A stretch of DNA of 64,000 nt from Antedon mediterranea (lineage: Eukaryota; Animalia; Echinodermata): the NCBI RefSeq assembly GCF_964355755.1, contig NC_092671.1:35846304-35910303 (forward strand), written 5' to 3'. This document shows, piece after piece, positions 38,723 through 52,764 of this stretch (within the stretch, counting starts at the first letter, position 1; each line of letters opens with the position of its first letter). A program made the position numbers and the translations under genes. Below the pieces are notes generated by a model. It saw only the letters and a program-made list of their open reading frames with translations, was not told the origin of the DNA and searched no databases.

Positions 38723-39010
38723 CAGGGTCGTAGCCAGGATCTGTCAAGGTGGCGTTCAGACACAAAGTATTTGGGTTACTGCCCCCGACGTACACTCATA
38801 AGGAAAAAGGTACGAGTTATTCACGAACGAGTTTACAAATTTTTCAATTTACGAATAAGCTTTTTTACTGTGAGGCACGTATTTGGAGGATTTAGAGATG
38901 AGCTTGAGGTATTGGACATGATGGGGATGGGGTTTCGCAGTCGGTTAAGGGAGGTTCGCTGTAAAGCAGGGTTTGCCCGAACCATAAAATTCCCCCTGGC
39001 TACGGGCCTG
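38723..39010. mobile_element. CAG-terminal MITE with 5-bp TSD (hAT5-like), in or near the PEX11G 3' UTR
   Basis: CAGGGTCGTAGCCAGG ... CCTGGCTACGGGCCTG, flanked by ACAAC on both sides. Confidence 0.65.
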
Positions 39011-39661
39011 ACAACCCTGTACACGATGAGTTCAAATTAAGGAGAGTAATCGCGAAAATGATTGTACATGACAAAACTTGTTTCATGTATTCCACATTTG
39101 TGCACCATTTATTGAACACTATTTGGGCTATTGTGTATGTCTTTAAGTATAATTTGAATAATGCATCAAAGCATCTTTTAACATGTGTCATGCTTATCAG
39201 TACTGTAATAGTTGTAGTAGTAAATTATGATATATAGAGATACTGTATAAGATAAAGCTTTTGGCAATTTTAAATTCACAATTTTGTAAATAATGGGTTA
39301 TATTTGTAAATAATACATTTGGTAAATATGAATAAAGAGATTATTTTAGATCATGACTAAAATTGAAAATAAATAGAATTATGATTGAATTTTTGTTATT
39401 AGTTACTTTTTTTGTCAATTTGGAATATTTTCTGCTGGTTGCTTACTGAACATCTACTGGTACCAGAATTTAATTACTTTATTTAGAACCATTTTCATCA
39501 AAGTTCGTAGATTCAGAGAATATAAAATAAGAAACATGGGTTTATTCAAGAGAAACGCCAAACTAGTGTGACAAAAAAATGTAATGTGCCCATATATGGA
39601 CATTACACTAGTTTGATTATGTAGACAGACTTTTACAGCCAGAATATTGACCTTAGTCGAT

Positions 39662-42600
39662 TCATGGTGAAATAATAGTCGATTCTAGTGTAGATTCTTC
39701 AAAACCAGTGTTAACGTTTTCACAATCTCCGTTGTTGTGTTCGTTCTACAATACAATACAGAAAAAAGCGTGAATTAAAACTAAATACCATCATCACCAT
39801 TAAATATTATTCATTCATTCATGCCTAATGGTATATTTATTAAAATTATTGTCACAGTAAAACTGAATTGCGATATATTTTTATACATGGTAACATTTTG
39901 CAACAAAAAAAAGTGCACAAGAATTAGACAAAGCCGGCCCAATTCCCACATCAAAACAACAAAGAAATAAATCGCAATCCAGTTGAGAGAGATTATTCTT
40001 TTTGATAAATGATTCAAATTATTATTATTTTTTCACATCGGAATGCAAAAAAAAAAAATAAATAAATAAAAACCCCGATAAAAATGATATTGAACTACTA
40101 CTAAATGTTATGGAAGGGACCCATTCCAATCGACTCTCTTGTGTTTTCTCAAGAATCTCCTAAATACAGTAGTCTATCAAAATTAATGCTATTTTCATCT
40201 CGGATATCTACAAACATTTTAAATTGTCTTATTTAAGCTCTCTCTACACTTTCAAACTTTTATGTGAAAAAAAATGTGACGTGCCCATATATGTTGATGT
40301 CATATCACTGCATATTTGGGCACATTATGACACCTACCTTGTGACTTTCACTTATCAAAAAATCGCCTGACTCACTGGCGGCTTCTTCAGATAGGCCTAT
40401 ACGTTTTATGTTCGCGTAATCGGGTCCTTCTCCGTCAATTTCATTAACAATAAATGCATGGACAACGTTTTCTGTTGGTTTTTGATAATATACAGCAGAT
40501 TCGTCTATTTTGTCTTGATTCTAATGTAAAAATATTGTATTTGGTTAGATGATTACGGTAATTTATTCCAAAAAATAGTAAATTTAGGCCATCAAATTAC
40601 TTTTATCCGTCTAATAGACTCACACTTAATCCATTTGTTTTATAACTATCTGTTGCACTTTCATCACTACCTGGTTCTCGGATAAATTCTCTTCCACCAG
40701 AAATAGACATTGTATTGGCTGATGAGTGTGATCCGGAATGTTTCTATAAAGTTATTAATTAAAGATAAGATAATTAATCTATATTGGATATTAATATTCA
40801 ACAGTCGTGTTATCACTTTGTATGTATTTCTATAATGATTTTCCAAATAAATTCAAATTAAGACATTTTATCAACACCATCAAATTAATCATTGTTATAG
40901 ATACGGCGTTAGACATATTATGTGAAAATTACTTTATATGGTGTGCCCACTTTACTTACATTTTCTTTATAACTATGTGTTGCGTTTTCATCACTACCAG
41001 GTTGTCGGATAAATTCCCTGCTACACGACAAGGACGTTGTATTCAATGATGAATGCGATCCGAAATGTTCCTATAAATTTACAGATAGACAATTCATTTT
41101 TTTAGTTAGAAAATTATTGAATGAATCTGTTTAAATATGAAATAAGTTAAACGTTTTTTAAAATACATACTAACAAGCCAACCTCCACAACCCCAACACA
41201 TTTTTTTCCTATTAAGTTAAGGCAGAATTAACAGGATGAACCTAATTATTTCTATGATAAAGAATTACAAGATAGCTGATCTACTTCCTAAATATAACTT
41301 AACCTAACCCTCTAAATAACCTCTCTCAATTAATTAAAAAAACACAGATGATGTTGATGAGCATCGAACTCAAAGCGCCAAACCCTTAGTCTGAAGCCTA
41401 TACCAACCTACCTATACGTTTTCCACAGGGTATTTGATCTTTGTCTATGCAAATATTATATAGTGACCCTTATGATGTCATAATTAATTTCATGAATTAT
41501 TAATGACTTCTGCCTTAGAATTATAAGAGAAAAATAAGTTGCACTAACTATAAATGTATACTTTTTTGCTCTTAGTATATTAATTACCAATGATATAATT
41601 AAAATTTAAAGTTTCATTTTAGATAAGAAAAGAACGTGTATCTTTAATGTTAATTCAAACCGATTAACGTAAATAAAATATTACTTTGCTTAAGTCACAA
41701 GTGTTTGTTTTTGGTATATCCATCTTATTAGAGTCTAGTATCTCTTGAATTTCGCTGCAAAGTTGTTCAAATGTGGGTCTTTGTGACGGATCTTCACTCC
41801 AGCATCTCAACATTATTTGGTACCTGTTAACAAAATATATTTCCATAGTTGTATTCGAGCATCCTATTTAGAACAAGTAACATATAGTTCCATACATTCC
41901 TAAGCATGTGTGTGGTTATTATCTTGTCGCAATTACCAAATTATGATGCATATATGCCGAGTAACCAAGCATGACTTTGATGTTCCTAAATTCCACCTTC
42001 AATATTCCTTTTTGTCCGATTGCATCTCTAATTGGAATGCTCTCCCTGTTTCATTGAAAGGTATATCGACAATAAGACCACTTTCAAACAAAATAAATTA
42101 AAGATCTACTTATTAAACTTGAAGAACAAGCTCATGCTTAGATCCTGAAGAACATATAATCAATCACTGTTGTTTGTTTATCTGTATTTCATACTTCTTC
42201 ATTTCCAAAATTGGTTTTGTGCCTATATTTTATTCAGACCCCAATGGAAACTTTGTTTTAGGATTGAATGGGTTGACCTAAATTTATCATAAAATGTTTT
42301 TCTTTGTTTTTTCTCTGATGTTTTTCATTTGACTATTTTTATGTATGATGTGTGAGATCGAAATAAACAACAAACAAACAATTTAAAAGGTTCCTAATTC
42401 ACGTGGTGAACAACATATATGCAAAAGTTCAATGAAAAACATTATTACCAATCTTTAAACATTGTAAAAACCTTGCAAAGTGAAATAATCTAAAGTGGCT
42501 AAAGACAAGAGAAAAGAGGATCAAAGGCCCAAGAATTACTTTATGCTTACATTTCATTTGGGCATCCTCGTGGTTTATCCATCCGATTCTTTTTTTCTGA

Positions 42601-45600
42601 TTTCAAAAAGTCAATAAGTTCAGTTGATTTTTTTATATTCTCGTATGGACATGGATCACAAAACCTGAAGATTTCCGTCAAAACAATGCCAAATGACCAT
42701 CTATATTATAGAGAGAAAAAACGTTGAATGTTTTAAAACAAATTCAGTTCATTCAAACAAATGTTTGTGTATTCTGGAATTCGTTTTCAATAATAAAGCA
42801 GTGTATTACCAAAGAACTTATAACACAAGAATCTCCTGTTCTTCAATTTGCATTCAAAACATAGTATCGGAAGTACAGGGTTAAAAGGTCAAACTGGGCG
42901 ACGCCATTTCACAGCATGGAGCAGCGCCCCCTCCAAACTAGGAAGTCAATTACTCTACATTTTGGGTATTTTCCTATCAATTTTGTATTTTATAAAATAT
43001 TTCCTCTGCTTAGTTTTTATCTTTGAAATCCACAGTTACTGATCTACTTACACATCGCTTTTTGAAGATACTTTATGACCGTCATCTAATGCTTCAATGG
43101 CAAGCCATCGCCATGGTAGTTCCAAACTCTCCAGTCTGTGGTAGTTTCTTCCATATATATCAATACTTAGTCCAAAGTCTGTGATTTTTACTTTCAATCC
43201 TTCATCAATCAAAATATTACGAGCGGCCAAATCTCCGTGAAACATGCTTTTCGAAGTCATATATGCCTTAAATTAATTGATGTTAATTGTTAATATTAGA
43301 AATATATATATATATATAACCTGGGCAAAGTACTTTGAATGCCCAATTGTCGAAACAGCTATTGTTGTTAGCGTATACCAGAATTGGAAGTTATAATTGC
43401 TATAGTTCCTACAGTACTATATCATGATTACCAATAGGGTCAATAATGAACAGTAACATCATCATAATTTTTAAATATAAATGACATACCATGCCGTTAG
43501 AGACTTGCTTTGCTATATCAAGTTGGTTAATCAGCTCAAGTTTATATATAGGATCTTGTTCTGTTTTTGTTGCTGCTCTGCGCAGAAAGTGGTACATATC
43601 ACCATATTTAACGAATTCATTTATCAACATTAGTGGAGTCGAATCTATGTTGTAACCCAAAAACAGAACAATATTCTCATGTCTTCCCAATTTGATAATC
43701 TGTTTGATTTCATCAACAAAATCGTCGATCTCCTTAGGTTTTGCCATTTCTGAAAGATTAACAATGCTCGTTTGGTTTAAATGGTTTAACAAAACCGGCT
43801 TCTCTACCTCAATAGGAGGATGGCTTTCATGGTTCCCACCAAACACGGATACTAGGGAAGTGGTCCCTGTACAATTGGAATAGTAACTTACGTTTTGGCA
43901 ATTTCACAGCAGCGTCGTAGGAAATACCATCTTTCTGTACCTTACATTTATATACTTCACCATAATACCCTTGGCCTAGCAACACTCGCTTTTCCCAAGT
44001 TATGTTGTCGCGTAGCATCTGGTACTCCGGGCAACCAATCGAATCTATAGTAATCAAGTATATACATGTATGTAAACAAAATAATCTTAAAATAGCATGG
44101 TTTTGTTCAAAATGCAGATATATGAAACATAGTGTAATAACTATAGAATTTAATTTAGAAATGAAATCTGTTTGTTTTAATACTCAAAATGTAATAATGG
44201 AATAGTACCTGTGCCGTCTGGAAAAAATTCATCAGGTTTGTTTGTTCCTTTAAAAGAAAATACGGAGGTTACCGGTTATTTTTTTCAGTAACTTTAGTTT
44301 GAGAAAAATAAAAACTTAAAAAAAAATAAAACTGACAACAGCAAAAATATATTCCGAAGAATATGGTAATGTAATTATAACCAGGGCGAATTTACCAACA
44401 GGACACTTAACTTGGTACGTAAGATAGGAACTTGTAACAGTCCTTTGATCTTATGTCTGGCTGCGACAAATACCAACGGTGGGCGTGGAACTGATCGTGT
44501 CGCAGCCACAGGTAAACCCTTTGTTCTCCGGAGCTCAGCATCCTGTTGTTTGATTGCCTTGCAATAACTTACTGTTACTACTAAAAGTCAATAATGTATA
44601 ATCATGTGGCAGATGTCATCAACAGCAATTAACATATATTTCATTTAATTCCATTTCATCTTTTATTTCGGATAAAAGAATACAGAGTACATAATTCTCC
44701 ATAGCTCAAGAACAAATTAAGTGTCTACATTATTATAAATATAAAGACAAAAAAAATATATATAAATATATAAATAAACCGACGCCACATAGTCACGTGG
44801 TTAATAACTTCATTAAAGCAATTAAGTCCTAATTAAGAGATGGTTTATAATGTACTTGCCTTTAAATGCATTTCTATACAATGCCACAGTAATTGTCAAA
44901 ACCAACAGGGCAGTTAAAGGTAGGCCTACGGCTACAGCAATGACGTATTCCAATGTGGGTTCTATAATTGGACTGGAAGTAACCGCTGGTAAAAATAAAA
45001 TTAAGTGTATAAATGTACTACGGTAAGTTTAAAAATACTCTTTGGTACCTGCTTTGTGTAGAACTATTTCACAATAAATACTACTAAATTTTTCTTCTAT
45101 ACTTTGACCAGCATGTAGAAGAATGAATGATTAAAAAGTCTTTGAAAATGTATCAGAAGAAAGACCGGAGGAAGAGGTGATTTTTTTTTTACCTTGTACT
45201 TCTGGCAAGTAAGTGTTAAACATGTACTTGTTACTTGTACCTCTAAATGAAGTCGTGTCACTATCAAATCCTACTACTGGTGAAATCTGAAAAGGAGAAG
45301 CACCACAATAATAAAAAGTATAACTCTGACTACTACCACAACAATCTGCCACTAGCCATGCACGGTCTTTTATTCAGCAAGTTTTTGTAGAATTCTTTTC
45401 ATCACAACATTCACTCGGCAAAAGATGTTTTAGCCATAAAGCGTTTTTAGAATACTGTTTGGCGATAAAGATGTTTGTTCGGTCTCAAGAAACTTTTTTA
45501 AACCATGTTTGATCATGTATCTTTTACTTACGGTTAACGTGTAATTGTTGCCTTCCTGTAAAGGTGTTTCAAGCTGTGTCGTTATGTATTCACCAGGTAC

Positions 45601-48600
45601 ATAAGATATATTCTAACAAAATAAAAGACACATTTATTAATTGACTGAACAATTATCTTATTTCTAGTGTACAATCAGCACTCAGCGTTGAGTTTTTAAC
45701 TTAAATACTTTATAGTATAAATTTATCTTTTAATAAATGTATTTGATTTAGTAATATATTCGATTTTCGCAGATCCAAAAATTCTAAATAGGAGCACCGA
45801 GGGCTTAAAGATTGTAAAATGAAATGTTATTTTCAATCTTTTGCATTGAATCACCCTCCGGATCTGCCTATGGGTATAATGTAGCGGCTCTTAATAATCC
45901 ATGTCAGCACAACACATAACAATACCGTTAATGTCATGATATTACTAGAACCTGCATCATCATTCCAAGCGATTCTGTATCTGTACAATATAATATCTGG
46001 ATGTATATGGATAGGTTGCCGCCAAGTAATGGAAACCGCAACATCATTAGTTTTATTAATTCTCTGGACGTCGGAGGTTATGTTAAAAGGCTTGCCAATG
46101 TATCCAACGGCTTGAAAATAAATACAGTATAATAATATTTAAATATTTAAACGACTTTAAATCGCTCAGTGGGGATCCATTCAAGTAGCCCCATCGCAAA
46201 GTCGCCCCATACAAAGTCGCCACCTTACGCTCAATGAGTAGGCCTAATACTAATCAAGGGGAACCATCTGCTAGGTTGGCAGACATCCTTTACCTCTAGT
46301 ATGTGTGAAGATATTAGGCCAGAAGTTCACAGAAACAAGAAATTCGGAAATGTTAAACCCGGATCTACTTTTTAAAGATATATGTCCCCCTGAAAAAATA
46401 TCCTTTTAAAATGTTGTTGTTGAATATGGCATTTTAATGTCACATAATAGTTAGGCCTATTCACTTGGACCAAAAATTGGATCGAAAAAAAAAACCCCTG
46501 TAATTTAAAGCAACAAATAGTCCAATTGGCTGCCAACTAATGTTTTTTTTGTTGTTGAATTCAACCGTTTTTTTTTAATACAGAAGTGATTAACTTTGTT
46601 AGAACTACAAAATAGCTTATTCAAAGTCTGATTTTATTAATCTTCATTTTTCATGTTTTATGGGGACAATACATCTTTAAATTAACTTTAGTGATAGTAG
46701 AAGTGATTACTTACTCTGATTCCTACAAAATTCGACACTTGCAGTTTCATCAATACAATCTAAATAAGCGACAAATAGACGAATTTCAGACATTAATAAC
46801 TTACTAATCATACGTTGAAATAAAACACATTCAACATTAAGGCTTGTATTAATGGTTTTAAATAACTTTCATTGTCAATGCTCACCCGGTGAACTAACAA
46901 TATCAGTAATATATTTTCCTCGTATTTCATCTACATCTTCCGAAATATAAAGCTATAAGAAAAAAAATACGTTTATATAATGTCATGGCCCTTTGGCACC
47001 ATCATTCGATATACATGTTCATGTTATACAATAATAATATATTAGTTCAATTATAATGTGCCATATATCATCAGAGTTATAAGAGCAAAGACACAATATT
47101 AGTTATTGAGCAGATCATTTATTTGAACATACACTTTTATAACAATGAATCAACATTTACTAAAACCACATTACAATGCTAACTATACAATTTACAACGA
47201 TAACAATAATAAGAATGTAACAATTATGAAATAAGTAATCGGAAGCTGCCCATATCATGTTAGAATTCCACAAGGTGAGCAGACATAATCAAAGTTAAAT
47301 CTTACGATCTGTTATAATATTTTGAACTTCGATCTTGGATCACATCACTAGCGGAACCCAGAACCATCAGGGATTAAAACTTAATAAATATAACTTTAAA
47401 ACAGCCTATTGATGCTGGAAATATAAAAGGTAGGCCTACAAATTTACAAATAAATCATTCAATATGTCGATATTATTTTTAAAAACTATTTGTGCCCATA
47501 TGGCGTTTCATACGTATATTAATTGAGACGTAAACAAAAAAAATCGAAATCGACTGGTGGACTAACATTTAAAAAAAAAGGCAATAAATACAGACTTGGA
47601 GCAGAGAGTTGATAATTAACAACTCTCTGCCTGGAGAAAGTCTAGACCAACACAAGCAACACCCAAAGTTTACTAAAACAAAGTTTACATTACCGTAACT
47701 CTATAAGTTGACCCATACTCAGGAAGTTGCTTGAATTCTCGCCAGTGATTCTGATTAAGACGAAAACTATTATTGTTACTATAAATGAATACTATGAATG
47801 AATACTATGAATAGGCACAACAAGAAAAACTATATATTAATTAATTAAACAATATTGTAAAACACATTTATTAGAAAGTCCTTACATATCCTTCGTCTTT
47901 TGAAACACATGACATACTCCTCCTACTGCATTCAGATGCAGATTCCTTTTTAATGCTATTCAACACGAAATCAATATCATAACCATCGTAATCTATATCA
48001 AAATAATGTTTAAGTTAGGATTACACTGTATTGTTTGTGACTTAATGTTGCAACGTATTATTGTAACATAGGGTGCATAAGGGTTGATGAATGCATGCAT
48101 GTATTGACGAATGTTACAAAAGGGATTTTGGTAGATAGGTGGAGGAAATTGTTGATCGTTGAATGGGTACATGGATAGACGAATGGGTACATGGATAGAC
48201 GAATGGGTGCATGGATAGACGAATGGGTGCATCGATAGACGAATGGGTGCATCGATAGACGAATGGGTGCATCGATAGACGAATGGGTGCATCGATAGAT
48301 GAATGGGTGCATGGATAGACGAATTCGTGCATGGATAGACGAATCATGGGTGCATGAATAGACGAATCATGGGTGCATGGATAGACGAATCATGGGTGCA
48401 TGGATAGACGAATCATGGGTGCATGGATAGACGAATCATGGGTGCATGGATAGACGAATCATGGGTGCATGGATAGACGAATCATGGGTGCATGGATAGA
48501 CGAATCATGGGTGCATGGATAGACGAATCATGGGTGCATGGATAGACGAATCATGGGTGCATGGACAGACGAATGTGGGCATGGATAGACGAATGCGTGC

Positions 48601-49745
48601 ATGGATAGACGAATGCGTGCATGGATAGACGAATGCGTGCATGGATAGACGAATGGGTGCATGGGTAGACGAATGCGTGCAGGGATAGACGAATTCGTTC
48701 ATGAATAGACGAATGTGGGCATGGATAGACGAATGAGTTGAACAAATCAAGACAAAATGATGCTGTACAAATGAGTAAATTGAAAATACATAGCGGCGTA
48801 TTTATTGGTATTGGGATTTTGAAACTGAATGTTTAAAACCTTACAGCAATACCGGTAATAATAATAATCCTACCTGGGTGGGGTGTCCATGTTACATTGG
48901 CCGATAGTTCCCATTCTAGTCCAATGTGATTTGTAGTAAAATATGCCGTAACTTCAAAATCAAATCTCGGATATGTTACTAAAACGATAATAATTGTTCA
49001 TATTGTTATTGTTCAGTCATATCTGTCTCACCTTTACAGATTGTACTCTTTAATGCTTAAGATAAACATATATCTAGGTCTAGCTCCAATTAAAAGACCA
49101 TTTCGATTAAAAATCACTGTTTGTCCTGATTAGACAGGCACAAGATTTTGTTAAATGATCCCTAAACCGTCCTCCTATGTGCGAATGATGGTATATTTTG
49201 CCACGATGATTGGTTTTACTATGGCGTAAAGTTTAATTGATCGAACAATAATAGTAGCCTAAATGTAAACTTACAAAAAGAAAAACAACAGCTAGTGTCG
49301 GATCGCACAGTAGACAACGTGATATGGACAAGTACAACAACAAAAATATTGAAACATCTATAATATCCTGAAAGAAAAAGGAGGAAATAAACAAACTATT
49401 AAGACACTTCAGCAAAAGGCTACATTATGTAAAGTATCTTATCAGTACTGTTCTTATACTCTACTACTTTCTTGATTATTTTGGAAAACAAGAATTTTCT
49501 GATCAGATGACCTTTAAATTGTTGAAAACGTGAATTCCCAGCCATCAATACAGATACATTTAATACAATTGTACATATATTATGCCATTACTTGTTACTT
49601 TCTCATGTTTGTTACTGTACATGCTAAAATGACACACATTCCATACTTAATTTTCACGCCATTTTCACACAACAGTTAATATATGAAGACAATGAAATAC
49701 TATACTAGAGAAGAAGTTCCTGTATTACAAAGCAGACTTACCCAT
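39662..49745 (-). CDS. Receptor tyrosine kinase (signal peptide, FN3-like ectodomain, TM, HGD-type kinase, acidic tail)
   Basis: In-phase exons 49745-49742, 49367-49275 (signal peptide), 48978-48874, 47992-47886, 47750-47694, 46952-46886, 46759-46715, 46110-45926, 45612-45532, 45286-45193, 44985-44860 (TM; GC donor), 44247-44209, 44044-43892 (LGQGYYGEV, AAVK), 43749-43490, 43266-43052 (HGDLAARN, DFG, LPWRWLAIE), 42700-42551 (WSFGIV), 41823-41685 (CWSEDPSQRPTF), 41070-40960, 40743-40624, 40520-40338, 39745-39662. The last exons are less certain. Confidence 0.88.
41853..42381 (+). mobile_element. Degenerate LINE 3' end in an RTK intron
   Basis: Residual SFLSDCISNWNALP (LINE ORF2 C-terminal SF...WNxLP motif), T-rich 3' UTR and AATAAA-(CAAA)n tail. 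Confidence 0.6.
48160..48735. repeat. 20/23-bp minisatellite (GAATGGGTGCATGGATAGAC)n
   Basis: About 27 units, in blocks of 20-bp and 23-bp (GAATCATGGG...) variants, in an RTK intron. Confidence 0.92.
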
Positions 49746-51424
49746 AGTTATAATTGAAAGTCAATACGGATGTGGTGTCGATGCTAAGTTCTGAAACATT
49801 ATGCACGTATTTCAGGAAGTCAGTTTCTTACGTCAGTAGTAGTAGGTGTGTCGACTTTATGGCTGACAAGTTTACAGTTGCTGGAGTACGAATAAAAGAA
49901 ACCTCAAACCACAATAAGGTAAACCTAATATGCAGATACATAATGTATCTGTTTTCTTAACTCATGTTTTGAGGGATCAGCACGAGGGGAATTTCTACAA
50001 TTGTTATACAAATGAAGCTGACGTCATAATCGAAAATAATCTGATTCGAAGGTTGGCGTTCTTTTTATTTACTCGTTTTGCACATGTACTCTATTGTGTT
50101 TAGTTTATAGTTTATATTTACATATTTTTGATTTCCGTTGCTTTTGTTTTGTTTCCTTTCATTATTTTGCTCATTAGTTTTATTGGTTTATTAACGACAG
50201 TGTGGGCCAAAAAAGTGGTGACCAACAAATATATAAATGATATTGTTACAATAATAATAATAATTCGGCGTCTCGTGGAATGGTGAGGTATGCATGTGCG
50301 TTGTCGCCCACATGAGGGCACGGTGCGCGGGCTATACCACTGTCCTGGAGGGAAGTTCAGGTTATTTTCTCCCCTCGAAGGGGATAAGGCCTATGTCGGT
50401 TTATCCAGATAGGCTAGACACGTAGACTCGTAATATCGTCCAATAGACATCCTATTCAATTTTCTACGGTTAATTAATTAATTATACGGAATGCTTCAAT
50501 TTTGTTTGTATTCCATAGGAATAGAAAAATACAATGCTTGGTACTGGGTAGATCTATAATCTAAATCATAGATTTGATTTGAAAAAAAGCATTTGGGCTT
50601 AAAGGGAAATCCCCTAAAAATTTATTATTATATGTATTTATTTTTATAAATAATATTTATTGAAGCATGGATGATTCCTTAATCCATGATTGAAGCTACA
50701 CTTTAACAACAGTGGCACACGTTCATAAAGTGTACTGTTCTTGGAAAGCAATGAATGCTATTGACTTACTATTATTAACTACTACATGCGTCAGGGATCA
50801 AGTCAGATGTTTTGACCTGCTCTGACGTATGAATATGAATGTTCTCAATCTTAATACAAAAAAAAAAGACAACAGCCAATGTAAAACTCTTTTTAATTTA
50901 TTATAGCATTGTATTCACAATAAATAATTTACAAAATACATAAACATGTAACTTAGTTTTCTAAAAGATATATCAACCAACGAAATCATTATTCTATAAG
51001 ACAATTTCTTGTAGGCCTTATAAAACCAATCATAATTAGCGCCATGGAACAAACAAGTAAAATATCATATCTTTCAAAAATTATTAAATGAACAATATTT
51101 TCATTACACAATAAAATTTTATCTATTTTTTTTTTCTTTGGTTAATAAATCTCTAAGAAAACGTACACATTTTTTAACATGTCGCTTGCATTTTTAAGCC
51201 TTTATTTCATAACGAAAGCAACGTAAATATAAACATTTAGGCCTATTAGTTAGGTAACTAAATTAAATACCGATATTTTATATTAAAAACAAGACAAGTG
51301 TCATTGTTGCGTTAACCCATACATGTCACATGTTGGATTTATAATCTCTCCCCCAAAACGTTATTTGAAAACAAATATATATTTTTAATAGGTTAGGCAA
51401 TACAAACACTAGAACCGCTCCTCC

Positions 51425-51565
51425 TTGGGGACACACCTATTCAGGGGACACACCTATTCAGAGGACACACCTATTCAGGGGACACACCTATTCATCCAGG
51501 TGACACCTCTATTTAAGTGATACCCCTATTCAGGGGACAATTCAGGTGACACCTCAATTCAAGTG
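51425..51565. repeat. Short tandem repeat (GGGGACACACCTATTCA)n
   Basis: About 7 degenerate units sharing the GGGGACAC/CCTATT motif with the 82-bp array and with 23195-23272. Confidence 0.6.
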
Positions 51566-52764
51566 AAAGAATGTACAGTGGTCTGTAATGAAAAATATGT
51601 GTTTCTTTAATTCTGTAGAGAGCTACACACAGAATTATAATACTATATAAGCTGCTACTGTATATTTGACAAAGCTTCTTTTGTTTTCGTCCTTGTTTTG
51701 TATATTGACATGCTATTTAAATTAAGAAAAAATAAAAACCTATGAATTTAAGCTTTAATTAAATAAAATCAGGATTCAAATTACTACTAGTCCAGTGGGC
51801 CAGTAAAAACCACTCCTGGCTAGTGAAAACATACCACCGATTCTTAGATTCAAGATCGTTGCCCAGAAGATGAGGTCATTTAAACAAAATCTGCGCTTGT
51901 AAAATGTACAGCTAGGTAGTCCCGTAGTCTAATTCAGTAAATCTAAATCCAAGCTATTGCTAAAGGTTGAACCATTGCTGATATGTGATTTCAGAGTGAG
52001 CCTTCTATTTTAAAAGACGCAACTAAAGTGACTTGCAAATTAAAATCTAATGATATAATCTATTACAAAATTAGTATCCACAATCTAATATAATAATCAT
52101 TGTACAGTAGATATTTTCAGGCAATATAAAATTCACCATTTATACTAGTAAAGTCGTGATCTATTTATCGCATAATATGTTTTAAATATTAAATAATATG
52201 AACATTATACTCATACACAGTTACAAGTAATACTAGTTTAGGGATTATAATAAGGACTTACATTAATATACATTTATTAACACGGACAAAAACCTTATCG
52301 CAATTTCGTATCCATTAATTCTTTAAAAATATAGATATAGACATGTAATCACTTTTAAATACATTTAATACATTTATTATGATATAACCATCAAATAATA
52401 TTTATTTACTGGTAATTTTTAAATACAAATTGTCTGAAATTATTTTTTAATGTTCTCAATCAATCAAGGTTCATATATACTGGTGTAATAAATTATCACG
52501 TCATAGTAATTATTTAAAATTTAATCATGTAAGTAGTACGTTATATAAATATGAGGTTTACAAAATCCAATAATTGAAATAAAAACTATAAAAATATGTA
52601 TATTTATTTTCAATTTTGATGCGACGAATTTGTATTATTTTCTACTAAACATGTGTCCAAATTGGTTAGTGGTGTTATTTTCTAATAATATTCATCTCTC
52701 ATCAGCCCCAATTTTGTTCAATAAGTACACTTAAATAATGTTATTTTAAAAAATCAATTGTCGC

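Noticed and set aside
43750-43846. N-terminal part of ORF 43409-43846 as a kinase insert
   Set aside because: A donor at 43891 and an acceptor at 43750 join VKLPK to QMAKPKE in phase, so the segment is intronic.
44390-44580. GC-richer open stretch after the RTK TM exon as an extra exon
   Set aside because: The available donors are phase 0 while the next exon needs phase 1. The TM exon joins 44247 directly.
47993-48750. His/Pro-rich ORFs (also 30917-31105)
   Set aside because: Translations of intronic minisatellites. The neighbouring exons splice in phase without them.
50250-50452. GC-rich segment upstream of the RTK as a possible HDV-like ribozyme
   Set aside because: Could not build the nested double pseudoknot by eye. 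The (ATT)n tail on the minus strand suggests a retroelement 3' end.
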